Below the pieces are notes generated by a model, which saw nothing but the letters and a program-made list of their open reading frames with translations, was not told where the DNA came from and made no database searches. A stretch of DNA of 64,000 nucleotides from Lophium mytilinum. Lineage: Eukaryota. Positions 26,591 to 37,209 of this stretch are shown here, piece by piece (the stretch's first letter is position 1; each line of letters opens with the position of its first letter). Position numbers and translations under genes: made by a program. The DNA lies in contig MU004182.1 in assembly GCA_010093605.1 (NCBI GenBank), positions 1,211,032 to 1,275,031 of the forward strand. Direction: 5' to 3'.

Positions 26591-28138
26591 TCACGATTCC
26601 ATATCGTCCACGAAGACGAGTCTCGTACCATCTACATGCCATCTCCCAAGGTCCTCCAGCTCCGCGATTGCATCGTCAATCTCATCCTCGCGGTAATGAT
26701 ATCTCGATGCCATACCCTCCTTCAACAGGCCAAGCACCCGCTGATTATGGACCATCGAGAAGTCTTCGCTTCTGAACATGCCTAGAACTCTATTATAGAA
26801 CTCGCCACAGACCGTGGTTCTATTGTACAGCTCCCGAGCACACTGGAGTCTGACCTGTTTGCCAAACGCGACGCGTTCTAGCTCGGTGGGAGGGAATTCG
26901 GAACCTGCCATCGCCGATTCAACGGGATCGATCTTCGATAGCAAGCGAAGCGCAACCCAGACGCATATCGGCCCGCAATCTGTATTCTCCAAGCGCTGTA
27001 GAGGACACGGGCTCGCTATAACCTCGCGCCAGGTTGCTCGTCGAAAGAGCTCGTTTTGGGAGTCCTGGCTTACCGCTTCCATGAAAGTAGGAAGGAACTC
27101 TTTGGCGAAGGCAAGGCCGGAACCTCGGCCCACTTTATGGAACACAGCTGGGTTGTAGACTTCGATCATGCCGTGGACTTCGTCGGATCGTTCGAAGGCT
27201 GAGGCTCGAGCTACGATCCAATGATTCTTGGTGTTGAAGAAGAAGATCATCTGCGTCGCGTTTTCGGGAAGGTCTCGAGCTGGGAGATAATCTTCGAAAC
27301 TGTCAATCGTTGCGCCCTGATCTAGCGCTTGCACGATCCTCGCGACCTCGCCGATGGGGCAGAAGAATACTCCATTCTGAGTTTGGTTGTCAGGGAGGCT
27401 TAGTAGCACGAGCTCGTCCATTATGTTGTCTGCATACCACGAGTCTTCGACCCATTCATAGCCTTCGCATGTATCTGGTGACCGCAGCACCAGGGATAGT
27501 AACTCCAATGGAGTACTGTTCAGCTTAGTCGAGTTCAGCTCGTTGAGGACGCTGGTGGTAAGGGCAATAACTTCTGTCGCGCAGTGATCTCCTTGCTTTG
27601 CCAGTAACAGGACGTCAAGAAGCTTGCTTTTGTACTCCTTCGCGGCCTCGAGTTTTCTATCAGCCGATTCTGCTGCTCGGACGGCATCTTTGTTGGAGGG
27701 TTCAGACTTAGCTTTGGCGTGCTTTTGCTGAGCTTCGGACGCTGCTTTCTCGGCTTCTCGGAGTGCGTAGGCGGCAGGCGAAATGTGGTTTGCCTTTGGC
27801 GGTTTCCGTCGAATTGGTGCAGAGGTGATAGGGTTGGAACTGCCTGAATCGAGAGGTTGAGGCTGTGAGAAAGGGCCAACAGTGCCTGAGCCAGGAGGTC
27901 GAGTTTGTGAAGAAGCGCTAGGGCCGGAAGTCGCTGGAACAATGGAGTCTAGGTAGTTTCCTTCCACAGTCAAACGCTGCGCTGTGTCATGGTAATTAGC
28001 AACTTGCTTGCCGTCTTCTGTGAAGTGACCGCGATCGGTGGTTGGGAACACCATCTCATCAGGGCGCAGGCGATGGCGGCGAGGAGAAGAGGGGAGAGGA
28101 GGTGAGTCACAGCTCAGCTGCCGTTCTTTGGGCGCCAT
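26591..28138 (-). CDS. Ulp1-like (C48/CE clan) cysteine protease with a long disordered N-terminus
   Basis: Catalytic order NHWIV...IEVYNP...CPLQRLENTDCGPICV (His, Asn at the Asp position, Gln, Cys). Single exon, 515 aa. Confidence 0.65.
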   Translation of the reverse strand: MAPKERQLSCDSPPLPSSPRRHRLRPDEMVFPTTDRGHFTEDGKQVANYHDTAQRLTVEGNYLDSIVPATSGPSASSQTRPPGSGTVGPFSQPQPLDSGSSNPITSAPIRRKPPKANHISPAAYALREAEKAASEAQQKHAKAKSEPSNKDAVRAAESADRKLEAAKEYKSKLLDVLLLAKQGDHCATEVIALTTSVLNELNSTKLNSTPLELLSLVLRSPDTCEGYEWVEDSWYADNIMDELVLLSLPDNQTQNGVFFCPIGEVARIVQALDQGATIDSFEDYLPARDLPENATQMIFFFNTKNHWIVARASAFERSDEVHGMIEVYNPAVFHKVGRGSGLAFAKEFLPTFMEAVSQDSQNELFRRATWREVIASPCPLQRLENTDCGPICVWVALRLLSKIDPVESAMAGSEFPPTELERVAFGKQVRLQCARELYNRTTVCGEFYNRVLGMFRSEDFSMVHNQRVLGLLKEGMASRYHYREDEIDDAIAELEDLGRWHVDGTRLVFVDDMES

Positions 28139-28514
28139 CGTTAATTGGACGGTGAAGGTGATATCGGGGGTTTGGTTGGTGGAGGGTTGGTGTGGGCTTT
28201 CGCGAGGAGGGAGGAGACGAAGTATGTGCGGTGGAGTGCGAGGATGAATTCAGAGAGGTTGGTTGGGGTCGGGGGAGGTGGTGAGTTGGTGGCCGGATTA
28301 ATGTTACGAGTTTCCGAGAGGGGTGAATTGCTGGGTTGGTCTTTGTACACCTTTATGTCACTGTCAAGGGTACTTCATCAGGTTTCCAAAGATTTGAGTG
28401 AGACGTTTTTCTCGATGATTTATGGACTGTTCAGAGCGCCCCAAACGGCGTCAGTCCGCTGTAACTTCCGCATGCTCAACACGCCAGAACAGGACTGCTC
28501 CTCCGCCTCAATTG

Positions 28515-29230
28515 TTACTTAGAGTAGTATCGGTCCTTGACAGAAGACTCATCTACCCAGGGGCATCTGTCCAGCACTTTCGCATCCCGTAAACGGGAGA
28601 GAGCAATCGTGAGATCGACAAGAAACTCTCTCGGCCAAGACTCCTGCATTTCATCGCTCGCATACTCACGCTCGTCCCCGCAGTAGGCGTAGAAATCTAC
28701 TATCAGTTGGCGAAGAGGCGATCCACGAGGGGTGCGTTCGTATGAGACACATATTGAGTCGACGGATGGAAAGAAGCACGACTCATTGACGGTCGTCTCG
28801 GTGGTCGTGCGGATGATGGTGTCGACGACCGCGTTCTTGAAGTCATTGTCCATGAGTTTTTCTCCGAGACAATATGCTTTGCATGCTGGGAGATATTTCA
28901 TGATGGGTTCCTCGCGTTCGAGGTGGATTTGGCGCGAGTAAAGCCATTCTTGGTATAATGTGAATGACTCTGGATCGTCGTCGGCAAGCCGTAGTCCTCC
29001 TTTTTCGAACTCAGTCGAGCCTGGTTTCATGGCATTGTCGATGAATTTGGACGAAGAGCGAATGATGCCTTCGTGAATATGAAAGGTGGCCTCTTCGGGG
29101 CCGACTAGAACTTTGATAGGCGCACCGAATGGCCTGGATTTGGTGAGCAGGTGAGTAGTGATCAATCGCTATCGGGGACATACCTGGGTTGCTTTGCCAA
29201 GCTCGCACGCGTGCTGTTGTCCGACATCAT
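28515..29230 (-). CDS. BTB/POZ-domain protein
   Basis: Motif IKVLVGPEEATFHIHEGII...LADDDPESFTLYQEWLY. Phase-2 intron 29183-29134. Confidence 0.85.
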
Positions 29231-30169
29231 GCGGGACTTTACGATAAGTTGGGACGAGACTCGTGGGTAAGTGAGGTGCGTTGAGCCCAGTGGTAAGCTT
29301 TGTTGGTGGAGGGCAAGCTCTGTAGGTGGAGGACAGAAAGAAGATGCAGATATAGGTAAAAACATAAGCGCACTGGCCACACAAGGTTTGGCATCAATTC
29401 ACCTCCAACACTTTCGTGATTGCTCCACCAGGATTCCAAACCGCATATATGAGTTGCTCGTGCGTTCTCACCGTTTCAGACTAGTTCGGACTAAAGACCA
29501 CTCTCCACCTCCATCCAGCCCTTCCTCCGGCAGTTCCACTTTCGAGGTTAGTGATGCGATAGGTAGTCATGACGACTCTTGAACTAGTATTGCAGTCGAT
29601 CACAAGAGGCTACAATATAACGATCAGATGAAGCATTTTGAACATGGACTGTAGTGTGTGGGCGACGTTGAAGAAGTTGGGATGATCTCCGCCGGCTAGC
29701 TCAGGGGATCTCCGTGCAATCTAACTAAGTCCGGATGCTAGAAAGGTGGGTCGTCGCGGGGTTAGCCTGACCAGACGATACGTCTATCTAAACAACTCTC
29801 GAACATCACCATCTATGAAGATTAATATGATGACTAACATGGTAGTCTATGCATTATGAGAGGCCTACGTAGTGTGTGTTTTCTTGCCCAATTGCTCCGA
29901 ACCTCGATGCTCTGAAGAACATTCACGTTGACATCACGCGCTAAAACGCCGCGCTGAAGTCGAATGCGGGGAAAGCTTGGGCTGGTGCAGGGGTGCCCAG
30001 GTGGAATGGTTTGATGGCACACGAATGGCACGACGACAGGTGATCTGCTTTAGTTTGGTCACGGTGTCTGTAGGACCCCTCACCTTGAGCTTACTCCTCG
30101 TCTCCCACCGTCTCTCCTTGCTTCCATCCTTCAGCTATCCACTCCATCAAACAAACATCAACCGTCACA

Positions 30170-31243
30170 ATGAGTGCAATTGCGGATGAGAGCGCGTCCA
30201 CTGAGACCATCAAAGTGTTATTTACTCTGTATGAGGGCTTTGACACAATGAGCGTCGCTGGTCCGCTTGAGGCCTTGTCTCGAGCTCAGCACAATACCAA
30301 GGACACTGGTAAGCAGTCTCTTCTTTATGATCTCAACCCTATTATATATGCATCAATTGAGCTACACGCACATGAATCTTCTTTACTAAACCATACCTAG
30401 CCACAAAAGCCTTCGAATGCAGCTTCGTTGGCAACACCGCTGCCATGAAGTCTGCACAAGGTGCCACCTTCAAAGCCGACATGGACTACGAGGACGCCAC
30501 CGAAGACATCGAAGAGTTCGACGTGCTCGTAGTCCCCAGCGGTCCCACTAACGAGGTGATCGAATCCAAGGCCGAGCCTGTAAGCTCACTCCCTCCTCCT
30601 TTCACCTTTCTAAACCCTCCGTTGTATACATCGAAACCCTCTTAGTTTCCAAACTCTAACACCCCCCCAGCTCGCCCTCATCAAGAAGTGGGTCGACGTC
30701 CAAGAGAAGAACCCCGCCAAAGAGCGCACCATCATCGCCGTCTCCACCGGCACCCTCCTCCTCGCCGAGCAGGGCCTCCTCGAAGGCCTCGCCGCCACCA
30801 CCCACCCCGACTACTACACCCGCCTGGAGACGATCTGCCAGAACGCCTCCACGCGCGACCTCTCCGAGCGCACCGACGTCATGGAGGAGCGCTACGTCGT
30901 CAACAACGCCCGCTTCGACCTGGGCGAGAACCCGGACGAGAACCCATACATTGTGCGCAAGCGGCCGGACGGCGTTGCGGCGGGCCACGCGAGGCGGAAG
31001 AGCATCGCGCGCAAGGGCAGCAATGCGTGGAAGGAGAGCCGGCGCCGCGAGTCGATTGCGAGGCGTGCGTCCATGCCGCTGGGAGGCATGCGTGTTATCA
31101 CCACTGGTGGTGTGACGGCGGGTCTCGATGCTAGTCTGTACCTTGTTGCTTCGCTGGTCTCGCATGAGTCCGCCGAGGAGGTGGCTAGGGTCATGCAGTA
31201 TACTTGGATCAAGGGCGTTACGGTTGATGCAATTGACGTCTAA
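30170..31243 (+). CDS. DJ-1/PfpI (ThiJ, class I glutamine amidotransferase-like) protein
   Basis: Motifs AGPLEAL, FDVLVVPSG, AVSTGTLLLAEQGLLEGLAATTHP and ITTGGVTAGLDASL. Introns 30309-30400 and 30580-30670. Confidence 0.85.
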
Positions 31244-31549
31244 GCGGGCGTTCGGATTCCCCAAAAGCATGGGTACTGTATGGTATGGTACAGTACGGTA
31301 TCTTGTGGGTGAAATTAGTTTTTGTCCACTTGCTAAGGGATGGGTGGGATAGGCGGTGTTACATCCCTTCATGGCTTCTAGGCGTGACAGCGTCCGTCTT
31401 GAAATAGCTAAATGAATGAAATAAAGTCATGATTCATGATACTCAAACGGGCTATGCTATGCTGTGAGTCTTCTATGCTAATCCGCTTTCGAAATGCCTC
31501 CTATTCCCTCCCTTACTCCAAAAAATATTAAGAGAATCCCAGAGCTCCC

Positions 31550-32521
31550 TCAAACAGCCACCCCAACCATCCCCTTAATGATCCCATACCTCCCCATCAA
31601 CTCCTGCCCCAGCAAGTAACTCCCCGGCACTCCCGCCGTCGTCGGCATCAAGAACACATATCGCACCACCAACATCGCCTCATCCGGCACCACATACGTC
31701 CCCAGCCCGTTCCTACTCCCAAACCCCGCAATCTCGCACCCCAACAGCACCCTCATGTTCTTGAACGCGCTGTTCGGCCACCCGGGGTCCTGTATACAGT
31801 ACCCCAGCGACGCACTTGGCTCCTGGGCCGTGTAGATGCCACGACCAAGTGCGGCACCATTTGCTTCTAGCGGCGTACCGCTGCATACCTTGAGGCCGGT
31901 CGCGACGATGCTGTAGAGGCGGCACATGGCGGTCCCGTGGAAGACGACGCGGGTGAGGGGGTCGCGCTTAACGTGGGCGGCGAAGAGGGCGCGTTTGGCG
32001 GCGGGGGTGGCCATAGTGAACTGATGGGCACTAGCCATGCTGGGGATGTGGAGAGGCGAATCTACCGAGAGGGAGGAGAGGCCGTGTTGCATTGTGCAGA
32101 GCCAGGAGAGGAGGGTTTTGCAAGGGAGCGTGAGGTTGTGGAGGGCGAGGGAGAGGTCGGGGGCTGTTTGGAAGGTTGAGAGGGCAGGCATGTCGATTAG
32201 AGCTTTGGTGAGCGTCGTGGTGTTGTTGATTGGGCATTCGGGGAGGAGGTCCATACGGCGTGTTGTTATGGCGGCGTGGATGGAGACGAGGAGGAGGTCG
32301 ATGACGGTGGGGTCGTGGCGGAGGACGTTGAATCTCCATTCTAGGTTTGAGCGCCGCAGGATGAAGATGCAAGCGGTGGAGCAGGTTGCGCTGACCCAGT
32401 TGTACCATGTGTTTTGCTTCTTGAGCTTTTTCGCTTGTCGGACGTGCTTCCAGTTTGTGACTTCGATGACTTTTATGGACACTTGGGCTCTTTTTGAGCG
32501 AGGGCGGGAAAAGCTGCCCAT
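31550..32521 (-). CDS. PARP-catalytic-domain (ADP-ribosyltransferase) protein
   Basis: Motifs VVFHGT, NGAALGRGIYTA, SLGY, LLGCEIAG and YVVPDE..LVVRYVF. Start codon uncertain. Confidence 0.7.
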   Translation of the reverse strand: MGSFSRPRSKRAQVSIKVIEVTNWKHVRQAKKLKKQNTWYNWVSATCSTACIFILRRSNLEWRFNVLRHDPTVIDLLLVSIHAAITTRRMDLLPECPINNTTTLTKALIDMPALSTFQTAPDLSLALHNLTLPCKTLLSWLCTMQHGLSSLSVDSPLHIPSMASAHQFTMATPAAKRALFAAHVKRDPLTRVVFHGTAMCRLYSIVATGLKVCSGTPLEANGAALGRGIYTAQEPSASLGYCIQDPGWPNSAFKNMRVLLGCEIAGFGSRNGLGTYVVPDEAMLVVRYVFLMPTTAGVPGSYLLGQELMGRYGIIKGMVGVAV

Positions 32522-34009
32522 TTCGATAGGACCTGTGTCGGAATTTTTTTGGCAGCAGTTGGATTGCGACTTCTGAGGTCTCCGCACTGAGAATTAAGGC
32601 TACGGATTTGATGGGTTCTGATCCTAGAGCGGCTAAGGTTGGGCCTTAAGTTTGCTTGAAGGGAGCGATGCTGAACGTGCCACTAATTCATTGCTTTGCA
32701 TTAATGACAAACGATAGATAAAAATTAATGAGAGAAGAGCCTAATAGAAGGTAGAGTAGAAAAAGAAGTGAAGGAGGCTTGAGGACGAGAGTTGAAATAA
32801 AGTCATAGCCTAGCCTCAGCTGCAAAGCACTGACTAAAGGAGTGCTGCGGAGATAGGCTCCTCACGATCCACTGGTCGCAAGGCACGACGGGCAGGTACT
32901 CATCAAGCCATCGGTAACCCGAGTCGGCCTGGTAGGCCATTGGATAGGTCGCAAGTTGGGCCACCGGGGAGAAGGCTGAACCGCAGCATTCATGTAGGCA
33001 GCCATTATTGGACCAAGGTTAGGCAGACTCCAGACTCGCCTTGTACCCCACATCAACATACGAGAAACGGACCAATTCAAGTGAAAGGCTTGATGACTTT
33101 AAAAGGGCGACGCTGCCACGTTTGGTGGGATAAAAGCTGTGATGCGCCTTCGGGGTGCTTTGGCTGAAGCTCTGTCAAGGTTGTTTAAGAGGTGGCTTCC
33201 CGAGAAGCTCGATAGGATGTTGTAACCAATGACGAGATACATCAGCGAAGGCAACAGTGAGTAAGTACCAGGGAGGCTTCCATGCTCTGGTTCTGGTTGG
33301 TCTGCGGCTTGCATGCACAGCCTCTTTGGCGATACCAGTCGGATGGTGGTGGCTCGTCTACGGCATGCGCTGCACCTTCATGCTTATTATAATTCATAGA
33401 CTCATACTTGGGCTTGAAGACCATGTCTCTGCGCTTCTGGGGCCTGCTTGTTAATGTGACAAGGACTGATGTAAAACAGCATTGGTATTTGTATGTCCTA
33501 GTCAGAACACTGTTTCTGCAAGGCTGACAACAGAAACTTGGAGGAACAGCGGAGGTGGGCAATTTACATGCTGCAATCAATTGTCCTGAGAACTTGAATT
33601 ATCAGGTGCAAAGCCAGAGAGGGTAATCATAATTGAAGAGGAAAGAAGTTCTCCGGATTTTAGTGCCTCCGAGGTCCGAAAAATATTGCCGCCCTTGACG
33701 CTTCGTCTTCTTGAATCAACAAAACCTCGAGCATGACAACAAAGCACGCAGGTTCTTCCCGACACTGACACGAACTCATCATATCAAATGAGGATCTTTT
33801 GAACGCTCATTATGCCGAGCCTGGCGAAAGAGTGGTGCGCGGAGTGAATACTCGGAGCTCTCGGAGTGGTATCCGGAATGACTTCAAGTGGACCACGGAG
33901 TACGCAATTGGATTAATATATAAGTTAACCACTTCAATTCAGCGTCAACCCCATTTCATCTCAAGCAACAGAATACCTGCTCTCTTCTTTGTCATACAAA
34001 AGCTTCAAC

Positions 34010-35284
34010 ATGGCCACCAAGCACGAAATCCTCTCTGAAATAGATGCCAACTTCCCCCAATACTTGAACTTCCTTCAAACTCTCATACGCGCCGCGAGCC
34101 CTAGTCCACCAGGCGATACTACCGAAGCCGCGTCAGTGGTACTCGACTTCCTGTCCAGCCATGGAATCTCCGCCGACACAGTCGCGCCGCAGTCGCATAT
34201 GCCAAATATTGTGACCGACTTCGATGGCGGAGACAAATCAGGACCTCGCGTGGTCCTCAATGGCCACATTGATACATACCCGGTGGAGAATCCCGACAAG
34301 TGGAAGTATGGTGGACCGTACTCAGGCCATAACGATGAAGTGCAAATACATGGCCGAGGCGGGGTGGACATGAAGGCCGGGACCGCTGCGTCTATCATTG
34401 CATACATATTGCTCAAAAAGCGGGCCCAAAAGCTGAAAGGAAGTGTAGCTTTGACGGTTGTGTCGGATGAAGAGACGGGTGGAAAATGGGGGACACGCTA
34501 TCTCCTCGAACAAGGCGGCAAAGCGTCCCCATGGAGAGGGGACTGCGTGATAAACGGAGAACCTGGCGGCCTCCAGTCAATACGCTTTGGGGAGAAGGGG
34601 ACGTTGAGACTAACTTTCACAGTGCGGACAAAAGGAGGAAACGGGGCCTTCAGACAGCTTAGTCGTGGTGCTAACATCGTAGCTGCTCAACTAATACAGA
34701 GGCTACTGGAAATTGAGAGTATGACGCCACATCTACCCGAAGAATTACGCAAACACTTCGACAATCCGGAGGTCCGCCTTGCTGCCGACGAGATCATGGG
34801 GCCTGGCACGGCTGAAATACTACTTGCTACTACTGTCAACGTAGGCACCATTCGTGGTGGCCTCAAGGTCAATGTAATTCCAGAAGAGTGTGTATTCGAA
34901 GCCGACATTCGCCTTCCGATTGGCCTGCTCGCAGAGGAGGTCTTGGATCATATATTTTCCATCTTGAAAGATTTCCCGGAAGCGTCCGTGTCCAAGCAGG
35001 AAGCAGCCAGCAATCCCGCCAATTACTGCAGTGTGGACCACCCTTTCGCCAAGCACATTGCAGACACTACTGAAGGAATCACAGGCCGTCGACCCGTACA
35101 GCTTGCTGGGCTTGGTGGAACTGACTGCAAGTTCTACCGCTATCTTGGTATTCCTGCGTACGTGATCGGGCCATCACCGCATTCTATGGGCGCAAGTGGA
35201 GAAGCAGTCGATATCCCAGAGTTCAAGGCGCTGATCAAGATTCATACGCTCGCGATATGGAATTACCTTGGTGGTGAGACCTAA
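34010..35284 (+). CDS. M20 family metallopeptidase/deacylase (ArgE/DapE-like)
   Basis: Motifs LNGHIDT, GRGGVDMKAG, SDEETGG, GEP and NVGTIRGGLKVNVIP. Single exon. Confidence 0.9.
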   Translation: MATKHEILSEIDANFPQYLNFLQTLIRAASPSPPGDTTEAASVVLDFLSSHGISADTVAPQSHMPNIVTDFDGGDKSGPRVVLNGHIDTYPVENPDKWKYGGPYSGHNDEVQIHGRGGVDMKAGTAASIIAYILLKKRAQKLKGSVALTVVSDEETGGKWGTRYLLEQGGKASPWRGDCVINGEPGGLQSIRFGEKGTLRLTFTVRTKGGNGAFRQLSRGANIVAAQLIQRLLEIESMTPHLPEELRKHFDNPEVRLAADEIMGPGTAEILLATTVNVGTIRGGLKVNVIPEECVFEADIRLPIGLLAEEVLDHIFSILKDFPEASVSKQEAASNPANYCSVDHPFAKHIADTTEGITGRRPVQLAGLGGTDCKFYRYLGIPAYVIGPSPHSMGASGEAVDIPEFKALIKIHTLAIWNYLGGET

Positions 35285-35796
35285 GAGTACACGTACGGAT
35301 GCGAAAATGTGACAACGAGCGTCGCTGATATCCAACAAACTTCACAATTTGCGCCTTTATTATGCAACCTGATTGCTGGCAGAATTGCCAAGACAGTGAA
35401 CGGAGTGAGCTGAACATGAGGATATATTGATAAGACTACGTGTGCTTATATAGGTTGTGCCAAGAAAGCTACATAGAAAGGACGGAACGGCTACGTAAGC
35501 GCACCGTATATATAGGCTTCCAGCCTATATACAAATCCACGGATCAAAGCTATATATAGAGGGCCTAGCCCGCAATCACAACCTCCATGTGCATTGAAGC
35601 ACCACAAACAGCGGCTATGAATTCACTAACAGCCTCGCCATCGCATGCTTACTCCTAGTGATTTAAACAGTTGCGCAGTGCAAGACATAAAAAGCCTGAC
35701 CTCCCCTTTGACCTCCTCAGCCTACAACACAGCTCACCCACAACAAAAGTACCACTCGAAGCATTGAATGCTCATTCCACATTCATCGAAGGAGCG

Positions 35797-36830
35797 ATGA
35801 TGGCGGAAATACCAACGGATCCTCGGGTTCTCCCCGATAACGCTATTAAGTAAGTCACTTAACGTTTGTTTACATCTAGGGCACAAGTTGGGGCACACGG
35901 ACTCATTACAGCTCGGCTCCAACTTGCCCACTCAACACCACTGTTGGGGGTAGCCTGGCTGCTGAGCAGGCAAGTGGTCGAGAGGCAGTCTAATCTGCAC
36001 TGCTTGAAACTTGACAATCGCCTTTGAGTACTCAAAACCTTATTGGAGTACCCCAAACAGCGGCGTACCAGTGTGCCCAGACTTGTGGCATGTCACTGGA
36101 GAATGACGATAAGAAAGGCAATACTTACTATGATGGCAGGGTGAAAGGTCCTATGGTTGCAGTCGCCGTTGGCGCAGGCGAGACGAAAACCATGTTCTAC
36201 GTCCATGAGGAGCTCATTTGCGCACATTCTCCCTTCTTCAAGAATGCTATGAAGCCGGAATGGGCTGAGATGCGAAGCGATCCACGAGCTGTTCACATGC
36301 CCGATGACGATGCCGAGGCGTTCGAGTTGTACATGCAATGGCTTTATGTCAAGCACCTGCCAATCAGAGACGATGAGAGTCCCGACAAGGAGTATCTTCT
36401 GCTAGCGAAGGCCTTCGTTCTAGGCGAAGAAGTGTTGGACGATGGATTCAAACAGTTTCTAATAGATGCAATCATTGCGAGATCTAAGGTCCGCGTCGGG
36501 AAGGGAAAGAAGACGTATTTCCCTGAAGCGAAGGTAATCAGCGTTGTATATCAGGGTACGCCTGATGGCTCTCCTATTAGACGTCTCTTCGTTGACTTTT
36601 GGACATGGATCGCTCATGCAGATTGGATGGAGCCCTTGGCCGTCGAAGACTATCCACCAGATTTGTTGTTCGAAGCTATGAAGTCGATGGTAACGGTCCG
36701 CGATGCACCAACTACGGCAAGACCATGGCTCGAGGGGGCTGAAAAGTCTCGTGTAGGTGGTGAAAAGGTGGATATTGGCGAGGGCGGCAATGCGAAGGGC
36801 GACGACAGTGAGGCTGGCAAGGAGCAGTAG
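35797..36830 (+). CDS. BTB/POZ-domain protein
   Basis: Motif FYVHEELICAHSPFFKNAM...MPDDDAEAFELYMQWLY. Probable first exon MMAEIPTDP... with phase-2 intron 35850-36139; an unspliced start at 36090 is an alternative. Confidence 0.8.
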
Positions 36831-37010
36831 TCAACTTGCTCACTTGACACCACCGAGAGGAGTAGCCCAGCCAGCTAACATGCGGTCAGTTACGTAGCAG
36901 TCTGATTTGCACTGTCTGGAACTTGACATGGCGGCTAGAGCTTTATAACTTATCGGAGTACCCCAAGCAGTGGCGAAACAGAGTGCGCAGACTTCTGGCT
37001 TGTGACTGTA
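35920..37010. repeat. ~180-bp degenerate direct repeat (35920-36100 and 36832-37010) flanking the BTB exon
   Basis: Shared blocks CAACTTGC.CACT..ACACCAC, TGCACTG....AACTTGACA, GGAGTACCCCAA.CAG.GGCG and CAGACTT.TGGC.TGT.ACTG. Confidence 0.75.
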
Positions 37011-37209
37011 TCATCAAGGACTCAGTGATTTTCCAGGGGGATTAGACAGGCGGAATAGCCCGTTCTAATCACACTACAGACCAATGCAATATCAAAACGC
37101 CTCAGTGATGCACTATGGACAGCTTTCAGACCCAGCAAAGCACCTCCAACGCCACATAGAAACATGCCAAACTCCACGCTCCGTTCCTTAACAACCTTGT
37201 TGCCCTCAA

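Noticed and set aside
34010..35284. Bacterial horizontal transfer of the intronless M20 gene
   Set aside because: Lack of introns alone is insufficient, and no compositional anomaly is evident; it needs a phylogeny.
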